From: an uncultured Gammaproteobacteria bacterium
Lineage (GTDB): Bacteria; Patescibacteriota; Patescibacteriia; PEXW01
Assembly: GCA_964486505.1 (NCBI GenBank)
Contig: CAZAMC010000001.1
Coordinates: forward strand, 26,748 to 90,747
Reading direction: 5' to 3'
DNA length: 64,000 nucleotides
Part shown: piece by piece, positions 7,372-16,944 of the stretch
Layout of the letters: the number at the start of each line of letters is the position of its first letter
Position numbering within the stretch: the stretch's first letter is position 1
The notes under the pieces: generated by a model
The model's input: only the letters and a program-made list of their open reading frames with translations
What the model was told of the DNA's origin: nothing
Databases searched by the model: none
Position numbers and translations under genes: made by a program

Positions 7372-9224
7372 GTAGTGCCATCCGAAATTTTTGCATCATT
7401 GCCCACATCGACCACGGGAAGTCAACGTTGGCTGATCGGCTGCTTGAAGTTACGGGTACGGTTTCCAAGCGGGAAATGCGCAGCCAACTTTTGGATCAAA
7501 TGGACATTGAGCGGGAGCGAGGCATAACCATAAAATTAGCACCAGTCCGGATGGCGTATACGTCCGCCGGGCGCGCCTTTGAGCTCAACCTCATTGATAC
7601 CCCCGGGCATGTAGACTTCACGTACGAAGTCTCACGCTCACTTGCTGCCGTTGAAGGGGCAGTGCTTCTGGTGGATGCCACCCAGGGCGTTGAAGCGCAG
7701 ACCTTAGCCAACCTCTACCTCGCTGTTGAGCAAGGGCTCACCATTATCCCCGCTATCAATAAGATTGACCTTCCGAACGCCCGCGTTGAGGAAACTGCCC
7801 ATGAAATTGTAAAAATTTTGGGTTGCCAGCGCGAGGACATCCTGCTGGTGTCTGGGAAAACTGGTGTGGGCGTGCCCGAACTTCTCGAGCGGGTGGTGCG
7901 GGATGTGCCGCCGCCCACCGGGGATTCTGCAGCCGCCTTACAAGCGTTGGTTTTTGATTCGACGTTTGATGACTACCGGGGAGTAATAAGTTACGTGCGG
8001 GTGGTGCAAGGGCACATCCAGCGGGGTACCAATGTGCAGTTCATGGGGAGTAAAGTGCACAACATTGCATTAGAAGTTGGAACGTTTCAGCCCAAGCTCA
8101 CACCCGCAGACAGCATTCAGGCTGGAGAAATTGGCTACGTGGTAACCGGGGTAAAGAGTGTAGCCGATGCCCGCGTGGGCGACACGATGACCGACGAGAA
8201 GCGCCCAGCCGACGCACCATTGCCCGGCTACCGGGAAGTGCGGTCAATGGTGTACGCCAGTTTATTTACCAAAGAGGGCGATGACTACCCGCTCCTGCGC
8301 GAAGGTCTGGCCAAGCTAAAGTTGAATGATGCCGCCCTCAGCTTTGAGCCCGAACACTCGCAAGCGCTCGGCCATGGTTTCCGTTGTGGATTCTTGGGCC
8401 TGCTGCACGTAGACATTGTGCAGGAACGTTTGAAACGAGAGTACAACCTGGATCTCATTGTGACTGTACCGTCTGTGGCGTACCGTGTGCACCTCAATCC
8501 TGCCGGCCAGCACGCTCGCCAGCGCTTAGTGAAGCAATTGGGTTACGAAGCCGCAGACCAATTGGGCGTCGTGACCGTCACCAGCCCGCTGGATCTACCG
8601 GAGTCTTCCCACGTGGAGCGCATAGAAGAACCGTGGGCGAATGTCGACATTGTAACGCCCGCTACGACCATTGGACCGCTTCTCGCCCTCATCGTGGAGA
8701 AGCGCGGTGAACACACGAGCACGGAGTACTTGGATGAGGCGCGTGTGGTCATCCATGGTCGTGTGCCGCTCGCTGGTATTCTCGTGGATTTCTATGATAG
8801 ATTGAAGAGTGCATCCAGTGGTTACGCCTCGTTGAACTACGAAATTCTTGGAACCAAACCGGCAGATGTGGTGCGGTTGGATATCCTCGTAGCGGGCGAG
8901 CGCGTCGATGCCTTGGCCAACATGGTGTACCAGGATGAAGCGCAACGGGCCGGGCGTCAGATTGTTGAGTACTTGAAGACCATTCTGCCGCGCCAGATGT
9001 TTGAAGTGAAGATCCAAGCGGCGCTGGGGGCTAAGGTCATCGCCTCGGCGACGCTGCCCGCAATGCGTAAAGACGTTACGGCAAAGCTCTACGGCGGCGA
9101 CGTAACCCGCAAACGGAAGCTCTTAGAAAAGCAGAAAAAGGGCAAGCGCCGGATGCGCGCCATGGGAAAAGTTGATATCCCGCAGGAGGCGTTCTTCGCG
9201 GTTCTGCGTCGCGATCGTCCTTAG
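7368..9224 (+). CDS. lepA: Elongation factor 4 (LepA), translational GTPase
   Basis: Contains the G1 motif IRNFCIIAHIDHGKSTL, the G3 motif DTPGHVDF and the LepA-specific C-terminal domain. ATGA overlap with the murJ stop. Confidence 0.95.
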   Translation: MSSAIRNFCIIAHIDHGKSTLADRLLEVTGTVSKREMRSQLLDQMDIERERGITIKLAPVRMAYTSAGRAFELNLIDTPGHVDFTYEVSRSLAAVEGAVLLVDATQGVEAQTLANLYLAVEQGLTIIPAINKIDLPNARVEETAHEIVKILGCQREDILLVSGKTGVGVPELLERVVRDVPPPTGDSAAALQALVFDSTFDDYRGVISYVRVVQGHIQRGTNVQFMGSKVHNIALEVGTFQPKLTPADSIQAGEIGYVVTGVKSVADARVGDTMTDEKRPADAPLPGYREVRSMVYASLFTKEGDDYPLLREGLAKLKLNDAALSFEPEHSQALGHGFRCGFLGLLHVDIVQERLKREYNLDLIVTVPSVAYRVHLNPAGQHARQRLVKQLGYEAADQLGVVTVTSPLDLPESSHVERIEEPWANVDIVTPATTIGPLLALIVEKRGEHTSTEYLDEARVVIHGRVPLAGILVDFYDRLKSASSGYASLNYEILGTKPADVVRLDILVAGERVDALANMVYQDEAQRAGRQIVEYLKTILPRQMFEVKIQAALGAKVIASATLPAMRKDVTAKLYGGDVTRKRKLLEKQKKGKRRMRAMGKVDIPQEAFFAVLRRDRP

Positions 9225-9334
9225 GTGCCCACTCCGAAGCCGAAGAGGGGTAGCAGGGTGAAGAACACCATGCTCAGCGTGCCGATGATAGCAACGATGA
9301 TCCACAGCGCTCTAACAATTCGTTTCCGTTTCAT
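9221..9334 (-). CDS. Hypothetical 37-aa hydrophobic peptide (MKRKRIVRALWIIVAIIGTLSMVFFTLLPLFGFGVGT)
   Basis: Own translation of the minus strand. Its stop overlaps the lepA stop, and its ATG abuts the ATG of the 9335 gene (catatg). Confidence 0.2.
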   Translation of the reverse strand: MKRKRIVRALWIIVAIIGTLSMVFFTLLPLFGFGVGT

Positions 9335-9952
9335 ATGTTTGAGCAACGGCTACTAGAAAACGTGAAGGAAGGGGAAGAGGTTGTCGCACTTGTGCGCCGA
9401 ACGCCTCTCGTTTCTTTGGGCGCGAATCTGGTAACAGTGGTTCTCATTATAGCACCGTTTTTCTTCCTCTACCCTCTCCTTAAGTTGGGGCCAGGCGGCG
9501 TGATAATCATTACGTTGAGCCTGCTCGTTGGGGTCATCCTGGGTATTCGGACGCTGTGGGTGCAGCAACTCAACGCCTTCATCCTCACTGAACAGCGCAT
9601 AATTGACGTGGACCAGCGGGGCTTCTTCCATCGGGTGGTATCCGAGACCACGTATGATAAAGTTCAGGATGTGAGCTACGTGGTGAAGGGTATTGTGCCA
9701 ACGATGCTGCGGTTTGGCACGGTGTTGGTACAGACGGCTGGGTCTAGCGCAAACTTGGAGTTGCAAGGAGTGCGCCAACCCCAGCGCGTGCAAGACCTTA
9801 TCCTCCGTCTCCAGCGGGAAACTTCTAGCCGTTCGTCCACGGATCAGCTTTCTGCTGACGAACTCTTAGCCATGATCCAGCGCATTAAGGCGGGGATAGG
9901 GGAGGAACAATTTCGCCGTCTCGTTGCAAACCGACCGCGGAAGCAGGTATGA
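9335..9952 (+). CDS. Bacterial PH-domain (bPH_2/DUF304-like) membrane protein
   Basis: Two N-terminal TM helices are followed by a PH-like domain. Confidence 0.5.
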   Translation: MFEQRLLENVKEGEEVVALVRRTPLVSLGANLVTVVLIIAPFFFLYPLLKLGPGGVIIITLSLLVGVILGIRTLWVQQLNAFILTEQRIIDVDQRGFFHRVVSETTYDKVQDVSYVVKGIVPTMLRFGTVLVQTAGSSANLELQGVRQPQRVQDLILRLQRETSSRSSTDQLSADELLAMIQRIKAGIGEEQFRRLVANRPRKQV

Positions 9953-10584
9953 CGCGCGTGGAACCCCCCGTACAGGCCCAGGCAGCGCCACGATCGCATT
10001 TCCACCTGCCTGTTCCGCGATTTACCATAAAACGGTTTGTTGGTCTAGTTTTTTTAGTTGCAGTTTTTTGGGCGGGCATGCAAGTAGCGCGGACTGGGCT
10101 TGTTCGTTTGCCATTTTTTACAAACGTTTTTTACACTGCACCCGAGCCGCGAGCAACAGCCGCTGGTCTTGAGCCAGGGAATGTAGAAGAGCAGCTCCGA
10201 GCAGCGGCCCGTGGGACAGTCACACTTTCTAACAGGACACTTTCGGACTTGGCGCAGGTCGGCGCTGATCGGTTGCACCTAGGGATTGCCAACGTGCATG
10301 TCGTCGGCGGCACTGATGTTCCACTGGAGCTATCCTTCATCATTCCTCAGCGGAACAATGCGATCGTCCGGATTGATTTGGCACCGGAGGTCGTTGATGG
10401 GGATCTTCATTTCCGCAGTGCCCGCACGAGGATAGGGACAGTAGATGTCCCGACGTGGCTCATTGGTGAGCCCACGCGACTCCTGCTCACTGCCCAGTTG
10501 CAGCCTCTTCTTCGGATCGCTCCCCCTATTGGAACAGCAAGGGTTGTCGAGCGGGGTCTATCCCTCACCTTCACATCTCCATGA
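9949..10584 (+). CDS. Hypothetical protein with N-terminal TM anchor
   Basis: ATGA overlap with the upstream gene. Hydrophobic segment FVGLVFLVAVFWAGMQVA. No recognisable domain. Confidence 0.45.
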   Translation: MTRVEPPVQAQAAPRSHFHLPVPRFTIKRFVGLVFLVAVFWAGMQVARTGLVRLPFFTNVFYTAPEPRATAAGLEPGNVEEQLRAAARGTVTLSNRTLSDLAQVGADRLHLGIANVHVVGGTDVPLELSFIIPQRNNAIVRIDLAPEVVDGDLHFRSARTRIGTVDVPTWLIGEPTRLLLTAQLQPLLRIAPPIGTARVVERGLSLTFTSP

Positions 10585-11342
10585 TTCTCTTCCTTCGATC
10601 CCTGCCCGTCATTTTGGGGTTCGTCGTGCTAGCGGGTTTAAGCTTTGCTACCCGCTCAGCCGAGCTCTTTTGGTACGCCTCGGGCGCGACGTTCCTCTGC
10701 ACTCTGGCAGGCATGTGGCTCATCTTGCGTCGGACCCTGCGGGCGCGTGAAGCTGTGGTAACCCTAACTTTTCCCGCCCTCACGTTACTGACCGCTATTG
10801 GCGTTCTGCTTTTTTCTGAGCTGAATACCTTTCGGTACCTTTTGGCATTGGCTCTTGCCGCAGTGTTCTGGATTTTTTGTGAGCAAGCTTTCTACTTTGC
10901 GTACCAGCCATCCCGGTACCAGCCGAATGCGCTTGTGAACTTGAATTCCCTGCTGTGCATTGTGAGTACATTTTTTGCTAGCGTGGCGGTCTTTGACATG
11001 CAGCTTTTTGCAAGTTTACCGTTGTGGGGGGCCATCGTGGCCTTTAGCGCATTCATGTTGGTGTGCACGTTCGCCCTCCTGTATGTCCTCAGCGTACCCG
11101 CACTGTCTCGCTGGACGTGGGGCACTGTGGTGTTCCTTGCCATCGTGGCGTGCTTTGGGGTGTTGGCGTGGTTACCGGCGCTTCCGGTAGTGAAAGCAGC
11201 TGTTCTTACGTTGCCTTTCGCCTATGCGGTTGTGAAAATTCGTGAAGATATTGCGGGCACCCCTTTACCGAGTCGCTGGACTTTCATCGTGGCCAGTCTC
11301 GTGCTACTCTTGCTTCTAGCTACCACTCGTTGGTTCGTTTGA
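10581..11342 (+). CDS. Hypothetical polytopic membrane protein (about 7 TM)
   Basis: ATGA overlap. Continuous hydrophobic helices. No recognisable domain. Confidence 0.5.
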   Translation: MILFLRSLPVILGFVVLAGLSFATRSAELFWYASGATFLCTLAGMWLILRRTLRAREAVVTLTFPALTLLTAIGVLLFSELNTFRYLLALALAAVFWIFCEQAFYFAYQPSRYQPNALVNLNSLLCIVSTFFASVAVFDMQLFASLPLWGAIVAFSAFMLVCTFALLYVLSVPALSRWTWGTVVFLAIVACFGVLAWLPALPVVKAAVLTLPFAYAVVKIREDIAGTPLPSRWTFIVASLVLLLLLATTRWFV

Positions 11343-11349
11343 GGACATC

Positions 11350-12594
11350 ATGAAAGCGAAGATCGTTCCAACATCACCAAAAGAGCGACTTCCAGCAGAC
11401 CGTTCTGCTGATGTTGAAGCATTTATGCGGGAGTCCACCGAAATTGCCAAACCCACCGTGGTGCGATTTCCAGTGGGGTTTCTCATGCTCGTGGTAGTGC
11501 TCAGTCTCTTCGCGGGGCTTGTTGGTACGGCCGTCTTTTCGTATGGGAAAGAGTCGTGGCCCTGGCTGGCGCAGTGGTTTGGTTCGGCGAGTTCCGATTC
11601 AACAGTTATTCGAACTTCCCCAAAAAGCGACGCTACGGTTGTGAACAACGCCGATGTGGTTCGTGAAGTTGGGCAGTCCGTGGTGAGCATCTTCGTGCGA
11701 CGTACTCCAGCGAAGGGCCCAGAAACGCTTAACCAGATGTACGTCCCCGAAGATTTTCGAGGGGCGGGAGTTATTGTCACCGAAGATGGCATTGGCGTTA
11801 CCACCCGTCGCACCATTCCAGATTTAGCAAAGGAAGTCGCCGTGGTTACCAGTGATCGCACGGTGTACTTAACAAAAGATTTTTCTGTGGATCCAGCCTC
11901 CGATCTGGTCTACTTTCGAGTTAGCGGTAAGGGTTTCCCGGTTGTAGATTTTGCCGACGGTGCATCGCTCCTGGTTACCCAGCGAGCGGTGACGGTTAGT
12001 CTGGATCCAACCACGTTAGCATACGTAGCGGCGACGGCGGACATTACGGCAACACATACTTTCCGAGTTTCATCCCGGTCGGATTTGCTGCGCAGCACTG
12101 AGCGCCTTTCACATCTCCTACGCCTTTCTCGATCAACGAGCGTACCCGCAGAACCCGTGTTTACCACCGAGGGAAAGCTCGTTGGTTTACAAACTGGGAC
12201 GAATGGCGATGTCCTGCCCATAGATGTTGTGGCCAGCGGCTTGCAGCGGCTCCAGCGTGATGGCGGAGTATCGCGGAATACTCTGGGGCTTCGCTACGTC
12301 GACCTACCCGTAGTGAAGGGGTTGCTCCTCACGCCCTTGGATGTCGGCTCACGGGGGGCTTTGATAACCGGCGACGCTGGAATAGCGGCGGTGACTCCTG
12401 ACAGCCCCGCGGATCGAGCCGGCGTGGAGGCCGGTGATGTGGTTTTGCGGGTTGATGATCGGGCAATAGGGGAGAATCCGTCATTCGCCCAGGTCGTACA
12501 GTCTTTGCCCGCGCGCTCATCCATTACTCTCACCGTTCTCCGGGATGGGGAAGAGAAGCGCCTTCCGGTAACCCTAGAAACCTTGACGCCATGA
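11350..12594 (+). CDS. HtrA/DegP-like trypsin-fold protein with C-terminal PDZ domain, with His and Ser of the catalytic triad apparently substituted (candidate pseudoprotease)
   Basis: The HtrA scaffold is recognisable:
- GAGVIVTEDGIGVTTRRTI corresponds to GSGFII..DGYILTNNHVV, with Arg in place of the catalytic His.
- DLVYFRV corresponds to DLAVLKI; the Asp is kept.
- No GNSGGP motif precedes TEGKLVGLQTG.
- A PDZ domain follows (GDVVLRVDDRAI...ITLTVLRDGEEK).
The N-terminus has a TM anchor. Confidence 0.55.
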   Translation: MKAKIVPTSPKERLPADRSADVEAFMRESTEIAKPTVVRFPVGFLMLVVVLSLFAGLVGTAVFSYGKESWPWLAQWFGSASSDSTVIRTSPKSDATVVNNADVVREVGQSVVSIFVRRTPAKGPETLNQMYVPEDFRGAGVIVTEDGIGVTTRRTIPDLAKEVAVVTSDRTVYLTKDFSVDPASDLVYFRVSGKGFPVVDFADGASLLVTQRAVTVSLDPTTLAYVAATADITATHTFRVSSRSDLLRSTERLSHLLRLSRSTSVPAEPVFTTEGKLVGLQTGTNGDVLPIDVVASGLQRLQRDGGVSRNTLGLRYVDLPVVKGLLLTPLDVGSRGALITGDAGIAAVTPDSPADRAGVEAGDVVLRVDDRAIGENPSFAQVVQSLPARSSITLTVLRDGEEKRLPVTLETLTP

Positions 12595-14729
12595 CGTGGC
12601 GGACGTGGGTGAGTCTGGTGTGCGCAACGAGTGTGCTTTGGAGCGTTGTACCAGCTCGGGCTTTGGCCGGCGAAGCGCCTTTTTCAGTGGTTGTGGAGTA
12701 TGCTGATGGTCATTTAGAAACAGTTCAGGAGTATGCGGCGAACGCCAGCGCGGCGCTTGAGCAGGCACAGCAACGCACGCAGGGTGTGCATGTGGAGCTT
12801 GACGTTGCCTACCACCTCGCCCTGGTTCCCAACGATCCGCTTTTTGCCGCCCAGGTACAGTTGGAGCAAATAGGTGCGCCTGCTGCGTGGGACACGCGCA
12901 CAGATGCAGGCGAGGTCATTGTGGCCGTCCTTGATTCGGGGGTTGATACCAGTAACCCCGAGTTGGCGAGTAACCTTTGGGTGAATCCCCGGGAGATTGC
13001 AGGCAATGGCGTAGACGATGACAGCAATGGGTATACGGACGACGTGAATGGCTGGAACTTCGTAGAGGATAGTGCTGACCCTCGGCCGCAGATTACCGAA
13101 GGAGCCACCGCCGCCGGCCTTCACCATGGCACTGTGGTTGCGGGTATCATAGGCGCTGAAGGCAACAATGGGGTGGGCGTTGTCGGTGTAACCTGGAATG
13201 TCCAAATTCTCCCCGTACGTGTGCTCGATAGCACTGGCTCGGGTACGACCGTGACGGTAGCGGAAGGTATTCGGTATGCCACCGCCGTGGGCGCTGATGT
13301 TATTAATCTTAGCTTTGTTGGTTCAGGAGTTAGTCCTACGTTGGCAAACGCGATTAGCGCTGCTCAAGCCGCGGGGGTGGTTATTGTGGCTGCTGCCGGG
13401 AATGAAAATTTGGATGTCGATACCACACCACAGTATCCCGTTTGTTACAGCGGCGTCATTGGGGTGGGCTCCGTAAACGCGAGTGACGTAAAGTCGAGTT
13501 TCTCAAATTATGGTTCCTGCGTAGACATCGTTGCACCAGGTGAGAATGTCACCAGTACTCTGCTCTATGCGCCTGCCTCTGGGCACACCAGCCCTACCGG
13601 TGGTGGCTGGTATGGGACATCTGTTGCCTCGCCTTTTGTCAGTGGAGCTGCGGCCCTCATCCGAGCGAGTATGCCAAACGCGTCGGTTGAGAATGTTGAG
13701 CAGATCCTCAAGAGTCATGCGGTATCAATTGCCGGTAGTAATCCTGGATTCGGCGATGACTTAGGGGCAGGCCGGCTGAGCGTGAGCACGCTGGTTGCCG
13801 ATGCAACAGTCGTCGCGGCGAATCGGGTGAGCATTTTGACCATTCCTCGCGCAGGGGATAGCCCTCGCGTCCGTGAGTACAGTGATGCCGGTAAGGTGCT
13901 GCAGCAATTTTACGGTGCACCCCAGAAGTTACAAAACGGGGCAATGGTTCGGAGTGGGGATGTCAATGGTGATGGGAGCGCAGAAGTGGTAACCGCTACG
14001 TTGCAGGGTAGTGATGCGCGCGTCCGTACCTACTCACGCACGGGGCAGCAGTTGAAGTCGTTCCTCGTGTTCCCGTCAACGTATCGCGGGGGCGTCTCAC
14101 TCGCGGTTGGTGACGTGACAGGTGATGGCGCGGCCGAGATTGTTGTGGGTACGCAACTCGGCTCCTCACAGATTCGGGTGTTTTCTGGGGACGGGGCACT
14201 GCTCGGCCAGTTTTTCGCTTTCACGAAGCAGTATCGCGGCGGCGTATCTTTGGCGGTGGGCGATCTCAATGCCGACGGGGTGAATGAAGTACTCGTCGCC
14301 AAGCGCGCTGGAGAAGCACGGATTTCGGCATACACGTTTGCTGGGAAGTTGACCCGTTCTTTCTTGGCGTTTCCCCGCACGTACCGAAGTGGCGTTACGG
14401 TAGCTGTTGGGGATGTAACCGGGGACGGGCAGCCTGACGTGGTAGTTGGAGCAGTCCAGGGTTCACCAACTGTGCGCGTACTCTCCGCTAGCGGAGTGCT
14501 CATTCGGAATTACTCTGCGTACGATCGCGCCCAAACCGGCGGAGTGAGTGTAGCCGTTGGGGATGTTGACGGCGACGGCATTGCTGAAATTCTCACCGGC
14601 ACGGGACCCGGGGCAAAACCCGAAGTGCGCGTGTGGCGTAAGGCTGGGCAGCAACGGTCGCTATTGTTTAACGCGTACACCTCTGTATCTCGAACGGGCA
14701 TTGACGTTAGCGTACTCGCCAGCATATGA
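12591..14729 (+). CDS. Secreted subtilisin-like serine peptidase (S8) with C-terminal FG-GAP/integrin-alpha-like repeat region
   Basis: Signal peptide present. Catalytic motifs: VAVLDSGVD (Asp), HGTVVAGIIGA (His) and GTSVASPFVSGAAALI (Ser). Seven or more repeats of GDV(T/N/D)GDGxxEhVVG with YRGGVS(L/V)AVGD spacing. Confidence 0.85.
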   Translation: MTWRTWVSLVCATSVLWSVVPARALAGEAPFSVVVEYADGHLETVQEYAANASAALEQAQQRTQGVHVELDVAYHLALVPNDPLFAAQVQLEQIGAPAAWDTRTDAGEVIVAVLDSGVDTSNPELASNLWVNPREIAGNGVDDDSNGYTDDVNGWNFVEDSADPRPQITEGATAAGLHHGTVVAGIIGAEGNNGVGVVGVTWNVQILPVRVLDSTGSGTTVTVAEGIRYATAVGADVINLSFVGSGVSPTLANAISAAQAAGVVIVAAAGNENLDVDTTPQYPVCYSGVIGVGSVNASDVKSSFSNYGSCVDIVAPGENVTSTLLYAPASGHTSPTGGGWYGTSVASPFVSGAAALIRASMPNASVENVEQILKSHAVSIAGSNPGFGDDLGAGRLSVSTLVADATVVAANRVSILTIPRAGDSPRVREYSDAGKVLQQFYGAPQKLQNGAMVRSGDVNGDGSAEVVTATLQGSDARVRTYSRTGQQLKSFLVFPSTYRGGVSLAVGDVTGDGAAEIVVGTQLGSSQIRVFSGDGALLGQFFAFTKQYRGGVSLAVGDLNADGVNEVLVAKRAGEARISAYTFAGKLTRSFLAFPRTYRSGVTVAVGDVTGDGQPDVVVGAVQGSPTVRVLSASGVLIRNYSAYDRAQTGGVSVAVGDVDGDGIAEILTGTGPGAKPEVRVWRKAGQQRSLLFNAYTSVSRTGIDVSVLASI

Positions 14730-15136
14730 AGATGCCCTTTGCGCAGAATCCGATGTTCCGTCAGTTCGGCCGCTTCCTGATCATTGGATTCATGAATACC
14801 GGGCTGGACTGGATTGTGTTCTTTGCGCTGACCTCGTGGGTGGGCTGGTTTGGGCAGCATCTGTTGGTAGCGAATGCAATTGCATTTGGCGTTGGTTTTA
14901 CGAATAGCTTTATTTTCAATCGGCGCTGGACGTTCCGGTCAGGCGATCCACGGGTGGCCCGCCAGCTCATTATTTTCCTCCTCATCAATCTTGCCGGTTT
15001 GGGGATAAGCCAGACAATTTTGGCCACAGTGTACGCCTTTACGACGTCACGTCTACTTAGTAAGACCGCCGCAGTTGGACTGACGATGTTCTGGAATTTT
15101 TTTGCCGGCCGCGCCTTTGCTTTTCGGTCGTCGTGA
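14726..15136 (+). CDS. GtrA-family membrane protein (polysaccharide synthesis/translocation accessory)
   Basis: 136 aa with 4 TM segments. FLIIGFMNTGLDWIVFF...FIFNRRWTFRS is the GtrA signature. Confidence 0.7.
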   Translation: MKMPFAQNPMFRQFGRFLIIGFMNTGLDWIVFFALTSWVGWFGQHLLVANAIAFGVGFTNSFIFNRRWTFRSGDPRVARQLIIFLLINLAGLGISQTILATVYAFTTSRLLSKTAAVGLTMFWNFFAGRAFAFRSS

Positions 15137-15172
15137 CCTTGCGTAACTGGCTAGAAAGTGGTAGAGTGTGAG

Positions 15173-15193
15173 CACCCGTAGTGGGTGTTTTTT
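15173..15193 (+). terminator. Weak intrinsic terminator (caccc-gtagt-gggtg then TTTTTT) after gtrA
   Basis: Direct read. The stem is short. Confidence 0.3.
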
Positions 15194-15202
15194 CGACGAA
15201 CC

Positions 15203-15928
15203 ATGCAACTTTCTATAGTCATTCCGGCATACAACGAGGCCGCGTACATTCGCAAGAAGTTAGACCAGTACCTCGCGGTTTTTGGCGAGGCGGCAGAATT
15301 CATTGTGGTGCCTAATGGCTGCACAGATGAAACCCCGCATATTGCTGCGGCATATGCGAAGCAGTACTCGAATGTTCGGGTTACCGTCATTGCTGAATCA
15401 GTTGGAAAGGCGCGGGCCGTCCGGGAAGGTTGGCGTGTAGCCCAGGGGGAGTGGGTAGCGTTCCTAGACGCTGATGAATCCACAAGCGCCGAAGAATTCC
15501 AGCGCCTCTTCGCCGCCCGTCGCGATGCCGACGGAGTTATCGCTTCTCGGTGGGCACCGGGGGCGCGTGTGGAAAACCGTTCTCCACTTCGCAAGGTTGC
15601 GAGTTACGTGTTTGCCGGCATTGTGAAGCTGCTGTTTTGGATGCCCTACCGCGATACGCAGTGTGGGGCCAAGATATTTCGGCAGAAGCTGGTGCAGCGT
15701 ATCCTCCCGCACACCCGCGTTGATAATATCGCCTTTGATGTTGAACTCCTTCTCCTCTGTCGCCGGGCGGGCGCGCGGATAGTTGAATACCCAACGCACT
15801 GGGTTGATCGTTCCGATTCTGTAATTATTGGTTCTTTTGGCAAGCTCTTGCGTAGCAGTCTCTCTATGCTCTGGACACTCTTCATCCTCCGTCTTCGCTT
15901 TCTCCCTTTCATCGCCCCACGTGTATGA
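15203..15928 (+). CDS. Glycosyltransferase family 2 (polyprenyl-phosphate sugar synthase-like)
   Basis: LSIVIPAYNEAAYI and FLDADES (DxD). The C-terminus is hydrophobic. Confidence 0.8.
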   Translation: MQLSIVIPAYNEAAYIRKKLDQYLAVFGEAAEFIVVPNGCTDETPHIAAAYAKQYSNVRVTVIAESVGKARAVREGWRVAQGEWVAFLDADESTSAEEFQRLFAARRDADGVIASRWAPGARVENRSPLRKVASYVFAGIVKLLFWMPYRDTQCGAKIFRQKLVQRILPHTRVDNIAFDVELLLLCRRAGARIVEYPTHWVDRSDSVIIGSFGKLLRSSLSMLWTLFILRLRFLPFIAPRV

Positions 15929-16944
15929 CTCAACGTCGCCCAATTTTTGATAAGAAAAATGTCATTGTGGCTGGCGGTGCCGGTTTCTTAGGCTCGCACC
16001 TGTGTGATGAGCTCATTAAGAGTGCCAAGGTCATTTGTGTGGACAACTTTAGTACCAGCAGTATCGAAAATATTAACCACCTGCTACAAAATCCGGACTT
16101 TAAATTCATTAAGCACGATCTCACTGAGCCCCTCGACCTCGAAAAGTTTCCCGAACTGCACCCTTTTAAAGTTGCATTTCAAGGCGTGCAAGAAATCTAC
16201 AATTTTGCCTGCCCAACGTCGCCCAAAGAGTATACGCGCGTGCCCATCGAGACCCTCCTGGCCAATGCTTTTGCTTCCCGCCATCTCCTCGATCTTGCGG
16301 TGAAGTACGACGCGAAGTACCTCCTGGCGTCGTCTTCGGCCGTGTACGGCGAGCCTGTTGACTCGCAACCGTTCCGGGAGCAGTACTGGGGCTTTGTTGA
16401 TCCGGTTGGACCGCGGAGCTGCTACAACGAGGGCAAGCGCTTTTCTGAAAGTTTGACGCTCACGTACCGCGAGCAGAGGAAAATTGACGCCAAAGTACTT
16501 CGCATTTTCAATACTTACGGCCCTCGGATGCGGTTGACCGATGGCCGGCTCATCCCGGATCTGGTGAAGAGTGCCTTAGCTGGGGAGCCCTTGCAGATTT
16601 ACGGGCGCCCCGACGCGACCAGTACGTTCTGCTACGTATCCGATCTCGTGGATGGCATTGTGAAGATGATGAAGTCAAGTGACGGCGGGCCAATCAACCT
16701 TGGCAGCGCAGAGCCTGTGCTGCTGGTGACCGTTGCCGAAAAAATACTTTCGCTCACGCAATCAACGAGCCCGATCGAACACCTGGACGCCCATCCATTT
16801 GCGAGTCGCCAAGGGGTGCCCGATATTCGTCAAGCCAAGGACAAGCTAGGTTGGTTTCCCACAATACCCTTGGAGGATGGCCTGTTGGAAACTATAGAGG
16901 CAATGAAAGCGAGCCGAGTGCTAACCTACGAGCAAACGACATGA
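15925..16944 (+). CDS. UDP-glucuronate decarboxylase / UDP-xylose synthase-like SDR (NAD-dependent epimerase/dehydratase family)
   Basis: GGAGFLGSHLCDEL...VICVDNFSTSS...CYNEGKRFSESL resembles the UXS/ArnA-decarboxylase signatures (YDEGKR). Confidence 0.65.
   Translation: MTQRRPIFDKKNVIVAGGAGFLGSHLCDELIKSAKVICVDNFSTSSIENINHLLQNPDFKFIKHDLTEPLDLEKFPELHPFKVAFQGVQEIYNFACPTSPKEYTRVPIETLLANAFASRHLLDLAVKYDAKYLLASSSAVYGEPVDSQPFREQYWGFVDPVGPRSCYNEGKRFSESLTLTYREQRKIDAKVLRIFNTYGPRMRLTDGRLIPDLVKSALAGEPLQIYGRPDATSTFCYVSDLVDGIVKMMKSSDGGPINLGSAEPVLLVTVAEKILSLTQSTSPIEHLDAHPFASRQGVPDIRQAKDKLGWFPTIPLEDGLLETIEAMKASRVLTYEQTT

Noticed and set aside
14030-14860. Minus-strand ORFs (157 aa and 116 aa) inside the S8/FG-GAP gene
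   Set aside because: These are antisense to strongly supported repeats and are reverse-complement reading artefacts of the GDG repeats (Pro/Thr/Ser-rich).
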